64,000 nt of DNA from Vicugna vicugna (lineage: Eukaryota). This document shows, in pieces, positions 27,201 to 42,200 of this stretch (its first letter is position 1; each line of letters starts with the position of its first letter). The position numbers were made by a program, and so were the translations under genes. Location of the stretch: positions 5,080,792-5,144,791 of the forward strand of contig MU058384.1 in NCBI GenBank assembly GCA_013265495.1, in the 5' to 3' direction. The notes beneath the pieces were generated by a model, which worked only from the letters and a program-made list of their open reading frames with translations, did no database searches and was not told where the DNA came from.

Positions 27201-30200
27201 GCAAAAGGTTAAGAATATAGTATCCAGATGTTTGTTATTGCAGGAAGACTAGCAACCCATGGTTTCCCACTGGAAATTAAAATTGTACTAAGCAGAAACT
27301 TTTCTTTATTAAGCTGAGGATGATTTACCCGCTAGGCTCTAAATATATATATTCTTAGGAGATTTTGAAATGCAAATGTTAAATGAAGTCAGAATTAATT
27401 GATTTTAACATGAACTATTATCAGAAGTATCTGAGTAGATACTAAAATCACAAAATCATGATCTGGACAAAGCATTAACATTTTATAGAGGTACTTACTT
27501 GAGCAAATTTTGTGTACATTTAACTTCAAAATAAACCTGATTCAGTTATCTTGGGAAATCCACTTCCATGAGGTCCTGAGGAGGTGCAACCAGAAACAGG
27601 GTGGAAAGAAGAGGGTGGCTTGGAAACAGCTTGAAGAAAGGAAGCAGACTTCTATTAATTAGGCATGTGATCTTTAGAAATCTACTTAAATTTTCATCTG
27701 TACAATGATGGACTGCACCAAATGACCTCTAATAATACAACCTTCAAAATTGCATGCTTGTATGAACCTAAATTCCATGAAAGTTCTCTACAAGGAATGT
27801 GAACACTTATTTTCTGCCTGCCTCTTTATTAGTCAGAGTTCCTTCATTGACTACCTTCTCACCCTTCATTTTCTGTAAGTTGTTTCATCCATTCCCAGGT
27901 CTCAGCTTACTTCATGTGTTTTACTGGTGCTCTCATTGCTTCTGCTCTGCAAACTTGATTGTCCAAGTTTCCATCCAGTTTCTATTGGTCTTGAAGGAAT
28001 CTCAGATCCAATGTGTTCTATGTTCATATCTAATTTACAGTCCTAAGGATTTAGAGCTCTATTTTTTGCCTCTCTAACATTTAATTCATCACCATGTTCT
28101 ATTAATATATTGTCTCTCATGCTTGTCCTTTATTTCCTGTGCTATGGTACTTGCTCAGCTGTAGTCACAGCACTGTGGTCTCCTGCAAATTTCTTTTAAT
28201 TTCTTTGTCTATATTTTCTTTCAGTCTTTCTGCATGTCTATCACATCTAGAATGAAAGCTACCTGAAAATAAAGATTATTACTCATCTTTGTGTCCCCAG
28301 TACCAAGAACATGTTATAATTTTACTTGCAAAACTCAAAGGGCCCGAGGTAGTATCTAAGCACAAAATATTTGTTGGCGATCTCCATCTGTTTAGGAGGA
28401 AGCAGTTCCTCTATGGACTGTTCTAATTTTGCACTTGATGAAGGGACCGTCCAAGAGAAGATCCTGACCAGCAGCCTTCTCTTAGTTCTCTGCAATATAT
28501 TCTCTATTTGGTAATGGCATAATCATCTACCCTTCCTTGCTAGAAAATTTGGGAACTGTTCTTTCTCTTACTTCCCTACATGCATTCAGGCATGAAATGT
28601 TCCTTATTTTACCTTTGAATGTCTTTTAAGTAACCCTTTCTCCAACTCCATTGTTCTTAGGTCAGTTTGTAGAATTTCTTACACATAGTAGTACAACAGT
28701 CTTCTAACTGCTCTCTCTCAGTCTTCACATTTTAAAGCACAATATGATGTGTCACCTCAATGTTAAATTCTTCTAGTGGCTCTTGTATTTAAGAATCAAG
28801 TCAAGTACCTGAATGTTATACATGGCCCGAAATGAGTTGCCAGTTTTTCTATCCTTAAGTCTCACCCACTTAAACTCTTTTCCTGTATCCCAGCCATGCC
28901 TATCTTCTGTCCGTTGCATGCACCGTGACATGTTCCCCCATCCTCTTTTCCTTGTTTTTCCCCTCCAAGATTCATTAGGCATCTTTTGAAGGAAACCTTG
29001 CCTAATTCTTAGAGTTTGATGGGTTAGTATGTTTCCTATGTACTGTCCCTGTACCTGCATAATAGCAGTTCACATTGTAATAATGTTTGTGTGGTATCTC
29101 TATTAGACTTACGTTTCTTGAGGATAGGAGTCATGTCTTAGTCTTTGATCTGTCTATTCTAGGACCTAGAACGGAGTCACACAGCTGGCATTTCCCTCCT
29201 CCCCCGCCATGAATTAGTGATTGTCAGAGAATGATTTGTGTCTGTAGATTCCCTGGTGTCAAATGAGGAAGAGGAAGTTGATACTTCGGTGATATTAGAG
29301 GCCCACAGACTTGTTGCTTTCTGTCACTGATGTGAGTCATTGCATACTTAATATATGCCAGGCATGGCTCTAAACACTTTACTTGTGTTAACTCATTAAA
29401 TTCTCCTAACATACTTGTTTGGTAGGTTCTATTATTATCATTTTATAGATGAGGAAACTAGCCACAGAAAGAGGTTAAATGATTCACTTGAAGTCACATA
29501 ACTAAAGTGACAGGGCCTGGATTCAACCTAGGCTATCTGGCAGCAGAGTCTATTAAGTGACTACTTTACCAGACTCTTAAGTGACAGTGAATCGGAGGAT
29601 TTTGACATGTAGTGGTTATTGGAGTTCCCCTATAGGGTATGTAATATGTATTTAATTCTTTTGCTAATAACTCTCTAGAGCAGTACTCAACTGGAGGTGG
29701 TTTTTGCCCCACAAAGGTCATTTGGCTATGTCAATAGATATTTTGGGGATGCTGCTAAACATCCTGCAATACATGGGACACCTCCCCCGCAACAAAGAAA
29801 TATCCTGCCCAAAATGTCAGTAGCCCTGAGTTTGAGAAATCTTGCTTTAGAAAAGCTGAGGAGTGCAGGATAGATTTTACTATGAGGTTCCCACCCCTCA
29901 TAAGAGGTTACATGTTCAAGGAAGTCACATTTATTATTCCCTTTAGTTTTCACCTTCATTACTTTAGGCATTTATTAGAGCACTGAAAGAGCTACCAGAA
30001 AATGATTTTGTTTACTTGATTCAGCACTAAGCAAACATATAAATGATGTACAATGTATTAGATATTTATTTTGCAGAAATAGAAATATCCAGAAGATTCA
30101 GTTCTTGCCATCAGGAAGCCTCAGAGCCTAAACAAGGGGGTTACTTAACACAAAAGACAAAACTATTTAGAGCATTACTTCCAGCCTTACTAGAGCATTC

Positions 30201-33200
30201 TGAATGTAACGTTGTCATTGGATGAGTGATTGGATGAACTTTGTTCCTTTGTTTCAAAACATGAAATAAGAAAAATCAGGAGCATCTCTGAGGAATATTA
30301 TAGAAATAAGTTTTTAGTGTTTTGAAATGTTTTAATATGCTTTTCACTTAAATGTTTTTAATTATAAAAATTGTATGTAGTCATTGTAGCATAGAAGTAT
30401 GTAAATTTTGAAATGAAAGTCACTTCTCTTTCCTGATGTCACTTTCTAGAAGTAATCATTTTAAAAAGTTCCCTTACATTCCTGTCGACTTTTTAATGTC
30501 AATAACATAGTGATATAGCATCTTTGCTATATAATATTGCAGTTGCTTTTTCCATTTAATATGTCATGGTTTTCTATCTGACTTTTATATCTGAAACAAA
30601 CTGCTTCATTGTTTGGCTGCATCATAATTAGTTTAACCATTCCCTTATTAAGGTGCATCTACAGTTTTTTCACCATTGCAAACAGCGCAATAGTAAACAG
30701 TCTTGTTCATATATTATGTTGCACAGTGGTGTTAGTGTTTCTGTAGAACACATTCTCAAAAATACAGTGTATATATATGGTAATTTTTTGATTTTATCAA
30801 ATTTCTCCCTGCAAAAGGTTGTACCAGATTGTACTCTTGCCAACAGTGTCAGCACTCTTCCCCATGTTCCCTTGCAACTCTGGATGCTAATTTAAAAAAA
30901 ATGTAGAAATCCTTCTACTTACTCCTCTCTTCCCTCTCCCCTTTTGTCATTCCTTGTCCATCATCTCCTCTTTTCAGTCCTTCCTTCCCTCCTCATCCCT
31001 CCCTCTCCCTGCATTTCTTCTGTTACACCTTTCTTTGACTTGTGTATTTTGAGCTGGTCTATTTATTGCTCACTTTCTTTTTCTGAGTTGTTTTCTTTTA
31101 TTGGTTTGTGTGTGTATATATATATATATATATAAATTATATGTATTAGATCTGTATATATAATATGTAATATTGTGTGTATATATTATATATTTATTAA
31201 CCCCTTGTATATACTTCCCCAAATATGTTATATTTGCTTGTGGTATCTTTAATCAGGGAGACATTTTAAAATTTTTATGTAAAGTTTGTCAGGCTTCTTT
31301 ACCTGAAAATTAAATATATTTTTTTTCTTACTTTATGATCATATCTTTAATCAACAAGGAATTTATATATGGTACATCATAAACATATGATAGAGCCTTC
31401 TCTTTGAATAAATAGCCAATATTCCTAATACAGTATTGAATATAACCCATTCTTTCTCTACTGATTTGAAACATCTCTTTGCACATACTGAATTTCTAAC
31501 TACATGTAACATATATATCCTCATAATTTCCATATACTAAATTTTAATTTTATGTATAACTTATAAATATATTCCTATTAATTGGTTCATTTGCAGATGC
31601 TCTGTTCTAATTCGTCAAGCTATTTTTATGCCATTACCACATTTTACTGTACTTCAACTTTACGATGGGTGGTAGTTCCAGTCTCCTGTCATTATCCTTA
31701 ATTTAAAAATTTTATTGGTCATTCCTACATTTACTTTTCCAGATGAACTTCAGCATCAGCTTAGCATTTTTCCCCCTAAAATAGTCCCACTGGATTTTGT
31801 ACTACCAGATCATTCTTTTTTTTTTTTCCTTGTATGTACTCTTGTAGAACACTTAAGCAAATTAAAAAAAAAAAAGACCCACTGGGTTCAAGCCAGCATA
31901 AGGTATACTTTTTGTGTAATTGTTTATCTATGACTAGGTATGTGTTTATTCTAGTACTTTTTGATTCTGTAATTCCTAAAATTACTTTTAAAAAGGGAGG
32001 CTAATGGATGCAGCAGCATCCAGTCAAACTGAAGATAATTACAGTGAATATATATTGACCACAAACTTCAGCAATTATTTTTGATTTAGGGGTTTTCTGG
32101 CAAGGATAGTTTATGAATAATGATGAGATTATACCATAGAATAAAGGCCTGATTTATTTATTTTTTCAATTGAGAATATTCTTACAATAGTTTGAGTACT
32201 TTACAGCATCTTTGTCAAGTACATGATTTAGGTGGTGGTATTCTTATTTTGCCTATGGGATAGACTTGGTCTCTGGAGTATTTGATGACTAGATCAAGGC
32301 TCAAGTTCATGAATTTTCTGGTGGCAGAACCTTAGATTTCTAGCCATGCTAGACTAATTAGAACTGATTACTGCAAGGTAGATGATATCACAGAATTTAA
32401 ATAACATCCTAGGACTGAAGAGTCGGGGATACCTCAGTAGTAGCTAGGGAAGAGGTAAGGAATTATATAGACTGATGAGACATGGCAGCATGTTTTATGG
32501 AGAAATCATTATTACAAGTTTCTATGGTTTTTCTCTAACCTGTTTTTAATTTAGCCTTCCCCATTTCTAATAGTCTCAGTAATTATCCTCCCTAATTTAG
32601 AATATTTAATACTACTTGTTTTACTTTCTACTTTTTGAATGAGAAAAATAGTCCTTGAAAGTAAATCTGTAAAAGGTCTGTTTTGTTTTAAAAACATCTT
32701 TCCTTCAAAGCTTCAGTTATATAGTCTTACTTTAAAAGTTTATTGATCATTGCCCAGTCTGTTTCAGAAATTTTGTTCCATTAACCCTTAAATATGCTTT
32801 TTCTCATGTTATTTTTGCCTCTTCTTTGTTTATTATTCAGGATCAGGTCAAATCTCATTTTGTTAAGTTGTCTCTAAGTACTCAGGTACATACTTAGAAT
32901 TCTCTTCCTTATTGTTTCTACAGCTTATCTCCACAGCGTTTATAATTGTCTGTCAAAATGGTGTATAAACTCCTTGAGAATAGCTACCATGTGATTCATA
33001 CATACCTTTTTTTTAAATCTAGCTGTGTCACAAGCCAAGGTTGTATAATCTTTGGCAAATTAGCTACTTTGAACCTCAGTTTCTCTGAAGTAAAGTTGGG
33101 ATGATGATGCCCACTTTGTGTGGTTGTTAGGAAGGTAAAAGAGCATATCAAAACCACCCAGCAGGAAAGCATACAAGAGTGCCCATAGCCAGTGCCAGAT

Positions 33201-36200
33201 CGGCTTTCTAGAACCCAGATCTCTAAACATCAGGAGGTGGCTGGTGTTAAGTGCAAAAATTAGGAAGAGAGTAAGTTGAGGTTATTGCCTGAAGAAGAGG
33301 TCTAAGATAACTTAAAAAAACAATAGAGATCAACTCACAGTTTCAGAACTTAAACCCTTAGGGGTTAATCATTACAATCTATTTCTTGAAAGCTTGTTGT
33401 GAGCAGAGCACTGTGTCATGTGCTGTGTGCTGTGAAGACACAGTTCCTACCCTCAAAGAGCTAGTCGTCTAATACTGATTGTGCTTTAAAAACCAAAGGG
33501 ATGAGTCAGAAGAGGGAAAATCTTGTGGCTAGGTAAGCAAAAATTTCATTAAATTCAGCAAGTTTGATAATTGTGTGGTGCTGGGAGATTTAGCTGAATC
33601 TTTTACAAAGAAATACACACTGGAAAAAAAAATCTTCAGGACAAGAGACTTGGGTCATTTCATGCTCAGGAGAAAACCCAGATTCTGCTGTTTGGATCTT
33701 AGCCCCAGGAACAAAGCACTGGAGTTCTGGAGGAAGCAGCCCAGCAAGGGGTAACCACCAGGGACAGAAGGCTTTGCTTTAGAGGCAGCTGGGGTATGAG
33801 AAAGGTGAACTGGACAGGTAGGTGAGCTGGTTAGGTACAGGCCCTGCCACTGAGGTGAAGTCCCTTTGTTCCTTGAGGCTTTTTTTGTCTATAAAATAAG
33901 CAAGTTAGACTTAACTGAGTAGCTGTTATTTCAATCCAAATGAAAAGTCTTAAGTGATGATCAGTTCTCCACCCTACCGAGACGAACGCTAATCACAAAT
34001 ATATGGCTCTTTAGAATGTATTTCTTTTTGGTACCCATGATTTGGTGAATGAGTTTTTGTGTGGCTTAGAGGAAGACATTGATAATTTTCCTTTGGAATG
34101 GCACATTCTACTTTATCTCCTAGTGGCCTGTTTGATTTAAAGGACATCTTAGTGGTTTGGGAGTCACAGACACATACATTCTCAGAACTAGGAATCATTT
34201 AATGTACTTCATTCTGTAGGTGAGAAAACTGAGGCTAGTGAAATTAAATGAACTATTTAAGTTGTAAGGCAGGTAAAAGTTAATTAGTGGCAGAGTAGGA
34301 ATTAGAATCCAAGCTCCTTTTTCCCATCCAGTACTCATTCCATGCTGCCATTATTTGGTGACTTTCTGAAAATGTAATACTCAATTTCTTGAGGTTGTTA
34401 TGCAGTAAGTGAATTTCTAGTCGGTTGGGGAAGATGAGGGAACACAGTGAACTTTTTACACTTCTATATGATGGATTTGAATACTCATAAATGTATCTCT
34501 TATTGATCCATGACTGGTTGTTTTAGTTATTAGTTCATTTCCGAGCTGTGTCAGTAGATTTGACCTGTCGTCAGCATACTGCTCGTTGTGAGGGAGACTT
34601 TGTAATGTCATTGGATAAGTGGAAGTACATTACATTGCTGTTAACAACAGCTTAGTGCAAAATTTACTGAATGTGTTTCACTGACTATGGATAACATCAA
34701 ACTGAATTAACATATTTCCAGAATACCCTGAGTCAAGGTTGTCTCTCAAGGGGAGCGTTCTAGAGTTGGAATTATTGAACCCCTTGAAATAGCATGCAGA
34801 ATTTTGTGTGTAGTGTATTTTTCTGTAAGAGTATCCCATTGTTTTCATTAGCTTTTTCAAAGGGGTGTTTGACCTAAACAAAAAGGTTTAAAAACCACTG
34901 CTTTAATGGGTGATATTCAGATCTATATAATACTAGGCTTACTTTTTCTCTAAAAAAGACTTTCATTATTTAAATAGGTTTAAAGATTTGAGGTTTGATA
35001 TCCTGTAGAAAGAAATCACCAGAAATGAAAACTAATATTTACTGTGTACCCAGAAATATTACAGGATCATATTGTGATTTTTCTCTGTGCTTGAAGACCT
35101 TTTATTTCCTTTTATGACCCACTTACTTTTTTTTAAATCGAAATTACAGTATTTCAATGTACTAAATGTATAAGTGAGTCAGGAAAGTTTTTTACACACA
35201 AAATGGTTAGAAGGTATTAAAATGAATCTTAATGGGAAGTGGGACTCAACTGTGTATCGCCTGGATTGAGACACTTTTATGCTTTATGGGTCTTTTTCCC
35301 TTTTTTGACAGAGGCCAAAATCCACCATGTCTCTTTTTAGGGTGTTCTCCCCACCTCCACACCTCCCTCCCCCCACGTCCCCTTCCTCCTCATCTTCATC
35401 ATCGTCACCATGCTCTCAGTTTTCTCCTTCCTTATCTCTCACTCACCTCTCTTTCCTCTCTACTTTTGCTGTAACTTTGGAACTGCTTTTTTCATGAAAC
35501 CGAAACCTTTTCATAATTCTCAGTGTTTTCCCAGTGTTTTTTCTACTTTCTTGCCTTTTTTCTTGTGTATCTTCTCAAATCCTAGGGTCTGGAAGATCAG
35601 CTTTATTCTTTTTGCTGCCTCTTCCAACACCATTATTCCTTCATCCTCCACCCCCCTTTTGTCCCCTTAAATGTCTACTCCTTTGAAGTTCCTGTCTTTT
35701 GCCTTTTATTAGTCTTCACTGTTGTCATCCTCATAGTCACTTTTCCTTATTTGTTAAAGACTTTGACAGCTGGCTTACAATGTCTTCTACACTCTAAGCC
35801 CTTCATGGTCAAAGCTTACTTGTGCATCGATATGGGAAAACAAGTCCAGCACCCAGGACTTTCAGTTCCTTGACCACCTCATTCCAGTGACCTTTACCTC
35901 TCATCAGCTATTCACTGTAACTCCCCCTCCTCCAAAGTCATGCAATCACTTGTTCCATTCTGACACAGCCATCTAGTTGTACTTCTTATATCATGACCTT
36001 TTCCTGACCTTTGGACCCATCAGCTTTCTGCCAGCACTTCAGTACTCTTCCTTTGTTTTATTTGTTTAATCCAGTTCAGAGCTCATGAATAACTTTTCCC
36101 CTATTTGTTGCCAGTGCCTTCGGCTACCTTGTTTTGGCACCTGTTGGATAGAAACTTAATCCTGAATGAAGCAGTGCCTGTTCCTGAATGGCTGAACATT

Positions 36201-39200
36201 GCTAGAAAAAGCATATAGAAAATCAGTTTTATCCTCTTTATCAGATGATCCCATATCCCCCTTTTGCCACCATTCTACCACATTTCTCCTTTTCCAACCA
36301 GATTTTTTTAAAGAGAATCATTTGTCCAGATCTACAGATTGCTTATCTAAAGCCCTTGGGACCAGATTTGATTCAGAAATCAGAATTTTTTGGATTTAGG
36401 AAAGTATTAATATCTATGGAGTGATAACCCCAGTGGGATATGGGGCGCACCCTATAATCATCACGCTGTTATTTCTGCCCTGAGATGTGTGGCTTTTCAC
36501 TTTAGCCTAGGTCAGGCTTTGCTTCCAAGTAAGTTAAAACAAACCAAGCCTTACTTTTTCAGAGCTCTTGAATTTTGGAATTACGGATAAGATAGTGGAC
36601 ATGTACTTGCTGCTTCTGTTTTCTCAACTTCTTTTTTTTTTTTTTTTAACCCATTCTGGCTTTTCCTTCCCCCCCTCTCTTCTGATGACTCTTGCTAATT
36701 TTCCAAANNNNNNNNNNNNNNNNNNNNNNNNNNNNNNNNNNNNNNNNNNNNNNNNNNNNNNNNNNNNNNNNNNNCTTCTGTTTTTCTCCCTTTTTTTTTT
36801 TTTTTTTTAACCCATTCTGGCTTTTCCTTCCCTCACTTCTCTCAGATGACTCTTGCTAAGTCTACAAATGACCTTTACCTAAAGGGATCATGTCACTAGT
36901 GAGCGTTTTCAGTCATTTCTTTTCACTTGACTGAGCAGCATCCTCGGACTCTGGTGATACCAGGTCCAGCAGACACTCTCTTGCCTTAGCTTCCTTGGCA
37001 CCATCCTCCCCTGGCCCCCCTCTGTCACTGTTTTGCAAGCTCATTGTCCTCTTTTTTTCTGTCCTCTATCTTGTGATTAACAGTTGAGTTTCTGCCAAGG
37101 CTTTGTCCTCCAACCACTTTTTTTCTTACTCAGTGTTCTCTCCCTTGGTCATCTCACTTATATCAGTGCTTGTAGCAACTAATTATGTGCTGATGAATCA
37201 TATGCGCCAGCCCAGACTTTTCTGAACTTAACCATTTATTTTATCCTCTCCTCTTTTTCCCTTCCCCCTGCTTTCTTACATCATTTTGTTGGCTTCTGTT
37301 AGAACAAACATTAGGATCTTTGCTGCGGCTCAGAGGTCCTGCATTGCCTTGCCACTGCCTCCCTCTTCAGCTTCATTTAACTGAACTCCCTCTCCTCTGC
37401 TTTTACTCCCTCTGAAGTCCATCCATGCTGCCTCCTACTGCAGGGCCCTTATGCAAGCTACTCTCTGTTCAGAGTGCTCTTCCTGTGTGTGTAGTTAATT
37501 CCTACTTATTTTTTGTATCTTCACTCAACTCTCACTCTCCTGTGGAAGCACTCTAATTCGTTTACCCTGTCACCAAATCTTAAGTGTTATGCAGATTATA
37601 ACACTAATAACAGTTTTAATTTTACTTTTATTTTTTGTGATCAGTTAATACATTTTCTCCACTAGATTGTAAGCTTTCTCAGTACAAGGGTTATGTCTGC
37701 TTTTGCTCACCATTATATTTCCAGCATAGTGCTTGGCATATAGTAGCAAATAGCAAACATTTTGAATGAATTATATACATTAATTTTTTATCTAATTTTT
37801 TTACAGTAATTTCTGTATATATATTTACCAATGTAGCACATGCAATTTCTGTAGTTCTATGTGGACCCAATCCTGATGGTACTCTTACTAAAAATTATAA
37901 AGATACATTCTAAAGAATTCCATGAATTACATACATATATTTTTAAGGGATCAAATGCATGAAAGTCTTACTTTGATCTAGCTTATAATTTATACTCTTT
38001 TATGGTATTAATTCACTTTTTCTATATTGAGCTCTTCCCCCATATTCTTTATAGATGTCAAATATCTTACTAAATCTGGTTTTGTGCGCAAGTAAAATGT
38101 ATGCAGTGTCTAGCACAATTCAGCAGACTCTCAGCTTGCTGATCAGTTTATAGGTATCACAATTAAAAATAGTTTAGCCATCTGCTAACTGACCAAACAA
38201 TTTTAGTATCATGAAAGGGTGTGGTTGGAGAGGGAGCTATAGGGTCTAGGTATAATGTCAGAACAAGGCTCAGTGCAGAAACCACCTTGTGACCTCTTAA
38301 TACTGAAACTTAAGAGTCAATTCAAAATTAGGAAGAGATTTGGTGGAGGTTAAGCATAACAGAGCCCTGACAGTAGGGGATTTCCCAGAATAGGGTGACA
38401 GAAGAATTTCTTTCAGCATTTTAATATTTCACTGAATTTTTTAGGGAAAAAATATGTATTTATAAAGATGTGATTCTGTGAAAATTATCATAATATGTAT
38501 TTAATATGTAATAAATGTTTCTAGGAATCAACTTGAATTAATTAGCCTTTTATATTTTACTCTTTAATTAGGAAAATCAATAGATTCCCAGTCATCTCGC
38601 AGTGACTCTGAAATTGTGCCAAAAGTTGCTAAAATGACTGTATCTGGAAAGAAGCAAACTATGGGATTTGAAGTGCCTGGGTAAGGTTTTTTTAATGCCT
38701 CCCCCCTTTTTTGAAATTAGTATTGTCTGCTTATTAGACTATGAGAAAGAGAATCTGTTTCAATTTTGCATAATATATCATAATCATTGGTGTATGTAAT
38801 GGGTCCTCAGTATGGCATAGTACAAACAGTATGAGAAATTAGGCTTGATTCTAGGCTTATCTTGGTGTGTTAACCTGTCTCACTGTCAGTTTCCTCATGC
38901 AAATTAAATATAGCTACTTTAACATAAAAAATGTATGATTTTGTGAAATCTAGTACTGGGAGGTAGGGAATCCTTGTGCCACTAGATGGCGTAGGTAAGT
39001 AGTGTTTAGGAATTAAATGTAGGTGAATCATGGAATCATTAATTAAAATTTTTTTACTATTATCTTTAAACTTTAAGATTTTCACACTGAATAAAATAGA
39101 TCAGTATAACAAAGAGATAAATTATAAAATAAAACACACCCAGACTTGCAAGTATCTAGTGAGAAATGATAGTAAGTCATTTTAGTAGTACCTGTTTCAC

Positions 39201-42200
39201 TATCTTTAGAATTCTCTGAAGAGTTTTTATAGACAAGGGCATTGGGTTCCTTGGAACATAACAGCACAGTTTAAAGACATTAACTTTATCTGTTATTTAT
39301 AAAGTATATTTATTTTGTCTACCAGTTAGATAAGTAAGAAACACTATAATCAAATATAAGCAATACAGGGTTTTTTTTTTCCAGTTTCAGGAAATATAAA
39401 TTCAGCAGCCCTATTCTTCCTCCTTTACAATATTCTTTTATGTAAATTAATGGAAGTATCTGAGTCTTGGCTGGGAAGAATGTTAACAATTACCTAGTTC
39501 GTTTCTTTGATTTTGTAGAAGCAGCACTTTATTCATTAGATTTTAGGTTTAGTGAGGGAAGGAACTCCATTTCTAGGACATAGTGGGCATTCAGTATATG
39601 TCAGTTGAATGAATGAATGAATGAAAAAGTTAATTTTTAATTTGAGTAACTTTAGTTCATTACAATAATTTTGATCTTGATTCAGTAACAGAAAGCTCAA
39701 TGTATGTCTTTTCTCTCTGAATTGGGGTTGGGTTGCCAGAATTATAAATACCTTTTTTATCCTCATGTCTTAAGTACCATTTAATCCTATTAGGGGATTA
39801 TTTCCATTGAGAGAGGAAAAAATAAATAGAATACATAATGCCTTGTTCTAAGGATTTTATAATCTTATGTGAAAGGTTTCAGCAGTCTTAGAAAGCAACA
39901 TGCAAATGAACATAGTACAAAGAGAAGGGAATGAAAAAATAGGCTTGATTCTAAAGTTATCTATGTATGTTTGTCTATACATTAGAAGTATATGCATAGT
40001 TATCTATGTGAATATTTATAAAAATAATGGAAAATAAATGAGCAAGAAAAAAATAAATAGTAAATATAAGAAATAATTCTTGCAAACCCACCTCTATGCT
40101 TTACAAGTGTAATGCAAGCCTTTCAAAATCTTACAAGATTATATGCTTCATGAGGACAGGGACCATTAATGTTCATCATCATATTCCTTTCACAGTATAG
40201 TTGTTTAAATATTTATTGATCAGAATCCTTGGGAAAATACATTTTATTTTTAAAGTAAACTTGTTCATAGTATAAAGGTAGAAAGCAGCCTGTGAGCCAG
40301 TATTGTGATGTGGTCCTATGGGAGAAGTCATCAGAATGTGAAAGATCTGCAGGTGCAGATGGAGATACTCAGAAATGCATCATGTTGCTCAAGGACCAAG
40401 CTATGTTTACATCAACTACTTTTATAGGATTTTCTGGGAAAATTTATAGTAGGGGTAATGCTTGGGCTGTTGTTTTGATTTGGTCTCAAGGAAGCACAGA
40501 GAAACATAAACACTTTTGAGTCAAGACTTCAGCATCATAGATTTCTACTTTGTATGATTCCCAGTGGCAGCTTATAAAAAAGAATAATGCATTTCTTAGA
40601 AGAAAGTGAAACTGCAGATTTTTCTCCACTAATATTAAAAATAGTAAATACCCTCTAGAAAATGCATGTAAGTAAAAATGGTTAGAACCTGGCATAGAGA
40701 ACAGATATCTTGGTGGTTAACCTTTTAAGTCTAAGTTAGCTTTTCAGTATCGTTTAAATAACTCACAAAGAAAGATTAAGCCTCTATAGTCATGTAGAAA
40801 TATTCCCACTTTTGGAAAAATGGTTTTAAAAAAAACAGACCATTTTATAATAATAGATGAGATTACAAAATTATATCAGAAAGCACCCGAAAATGTATTC
40901 AACCAACTTTTTCTTTTGTACCAGTCAGTAATTATAGCCCTGAACCCAGAATGGTCATTTTTAGACATCATCTTGGAGCTTTTCCAAAAATCTTAAAACA
41001 TTGACTTTTGCTTCATAATATGCAGAAGTTTTTAGTAAGTACAGACTTTACCTAGGATGCTCTTCTAATCACTTTGGCCACTCTCCTCTAACCCTGTACA
41101 ATTTAGTGAACTAATTTGCAGTTTACCTAAAACTTACTTGAAAGGGGGTGTTACCATGATAGCAAGAGAAAAGCAACCTTTCATGTTACTGAATTGTAAC
41201 TGAGACGATCAAGTCAGACCCATGCTTTGTGACACGCTTTCTGTTCTGAGCATGGCTGCCTGGGTTGGTGGGTGAGTGAGCTTCAGGCCTCGACCCACTG
41301 TGTCAGCCATAGCTGTTCTGCTTTTATCTGTTTTCCATGTCGTAGTTAGCATGAGCTTTCCTTTGAAGAAAAGCTTCTGTCACTAACAGCAGGAAGATTT
41401 GAAGCCACAGATTGTGATTTCTCCCAGGTCTGATCAGAACCAAGAGTCTGTGTCTAGTCATTCTGGCTGAATACTTTAATAGTAATTTGTAGGGTGTTTT
41501 TTTTTTTTTTGACTCCTCTAAATGTAGAGTTGTCATGTTTTTTGTTTCAGAACTAGCTCAGGTCATTCAAATAAATGTTTGCAAATTATAGTCTCCGTGT
41601 GATATCCTTAATTTAGTCCACTGGAATATTATAAAAGAATGGGAATATTTTCCACATAAATTTTTTCCCTGTAGTTCAAGATGAAGCTATTCTGTCTGAA
41701 CAGTGTTAAAAACTGAACACCAAAGTTGCTTATTGGAGATTTGCAAAAGCAAAATAAAATGGGAATGGATATGAGGTTTTTAATGAAGTTGCAAATACAA
41801 AACTAATGTGGCTCTTTCCTGAAGCATAGTATGAAGGGTTAGTATTGAGCATATTAAAATACCCTGAAAGGGAACAACGAATCTAGAAGAAAATAGGTTT
41901 ACTCTTCCCACACATTTCTATTGTGCTGCAGTTCTTAAGTGATTTTTTTAAACTGCTTTTTGCATGTAATTCTTCTCTGCCAGCTCTAGATTGAGTTGTA
42001 AATAATTGATTTCATTCTTAATAACTTGGAATTTAACCTGTTCTTTGTCCTAACCCTGTTTATCTGTGTCATTGCTTCTCGGCCTTTTGGCTACGATCAA
42101 GTATAGTATCTGTTTATCTGTGTCATTGAAGGAAAGGTGAGGCATATCATAGTCTGGTTGATTAGATCACATTCTTTATAGCTATCCATGGGATAGCCCT

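Noticed and set aside
36613..36868. Apparent ~95-bp tandem duplication flanking the N gap
   Set aside because: The two copies abut the gap and differ on the gap-facing side of a poly(T) run, as expected for unmerged overlapping contig ends; most likely an assembly artefact.
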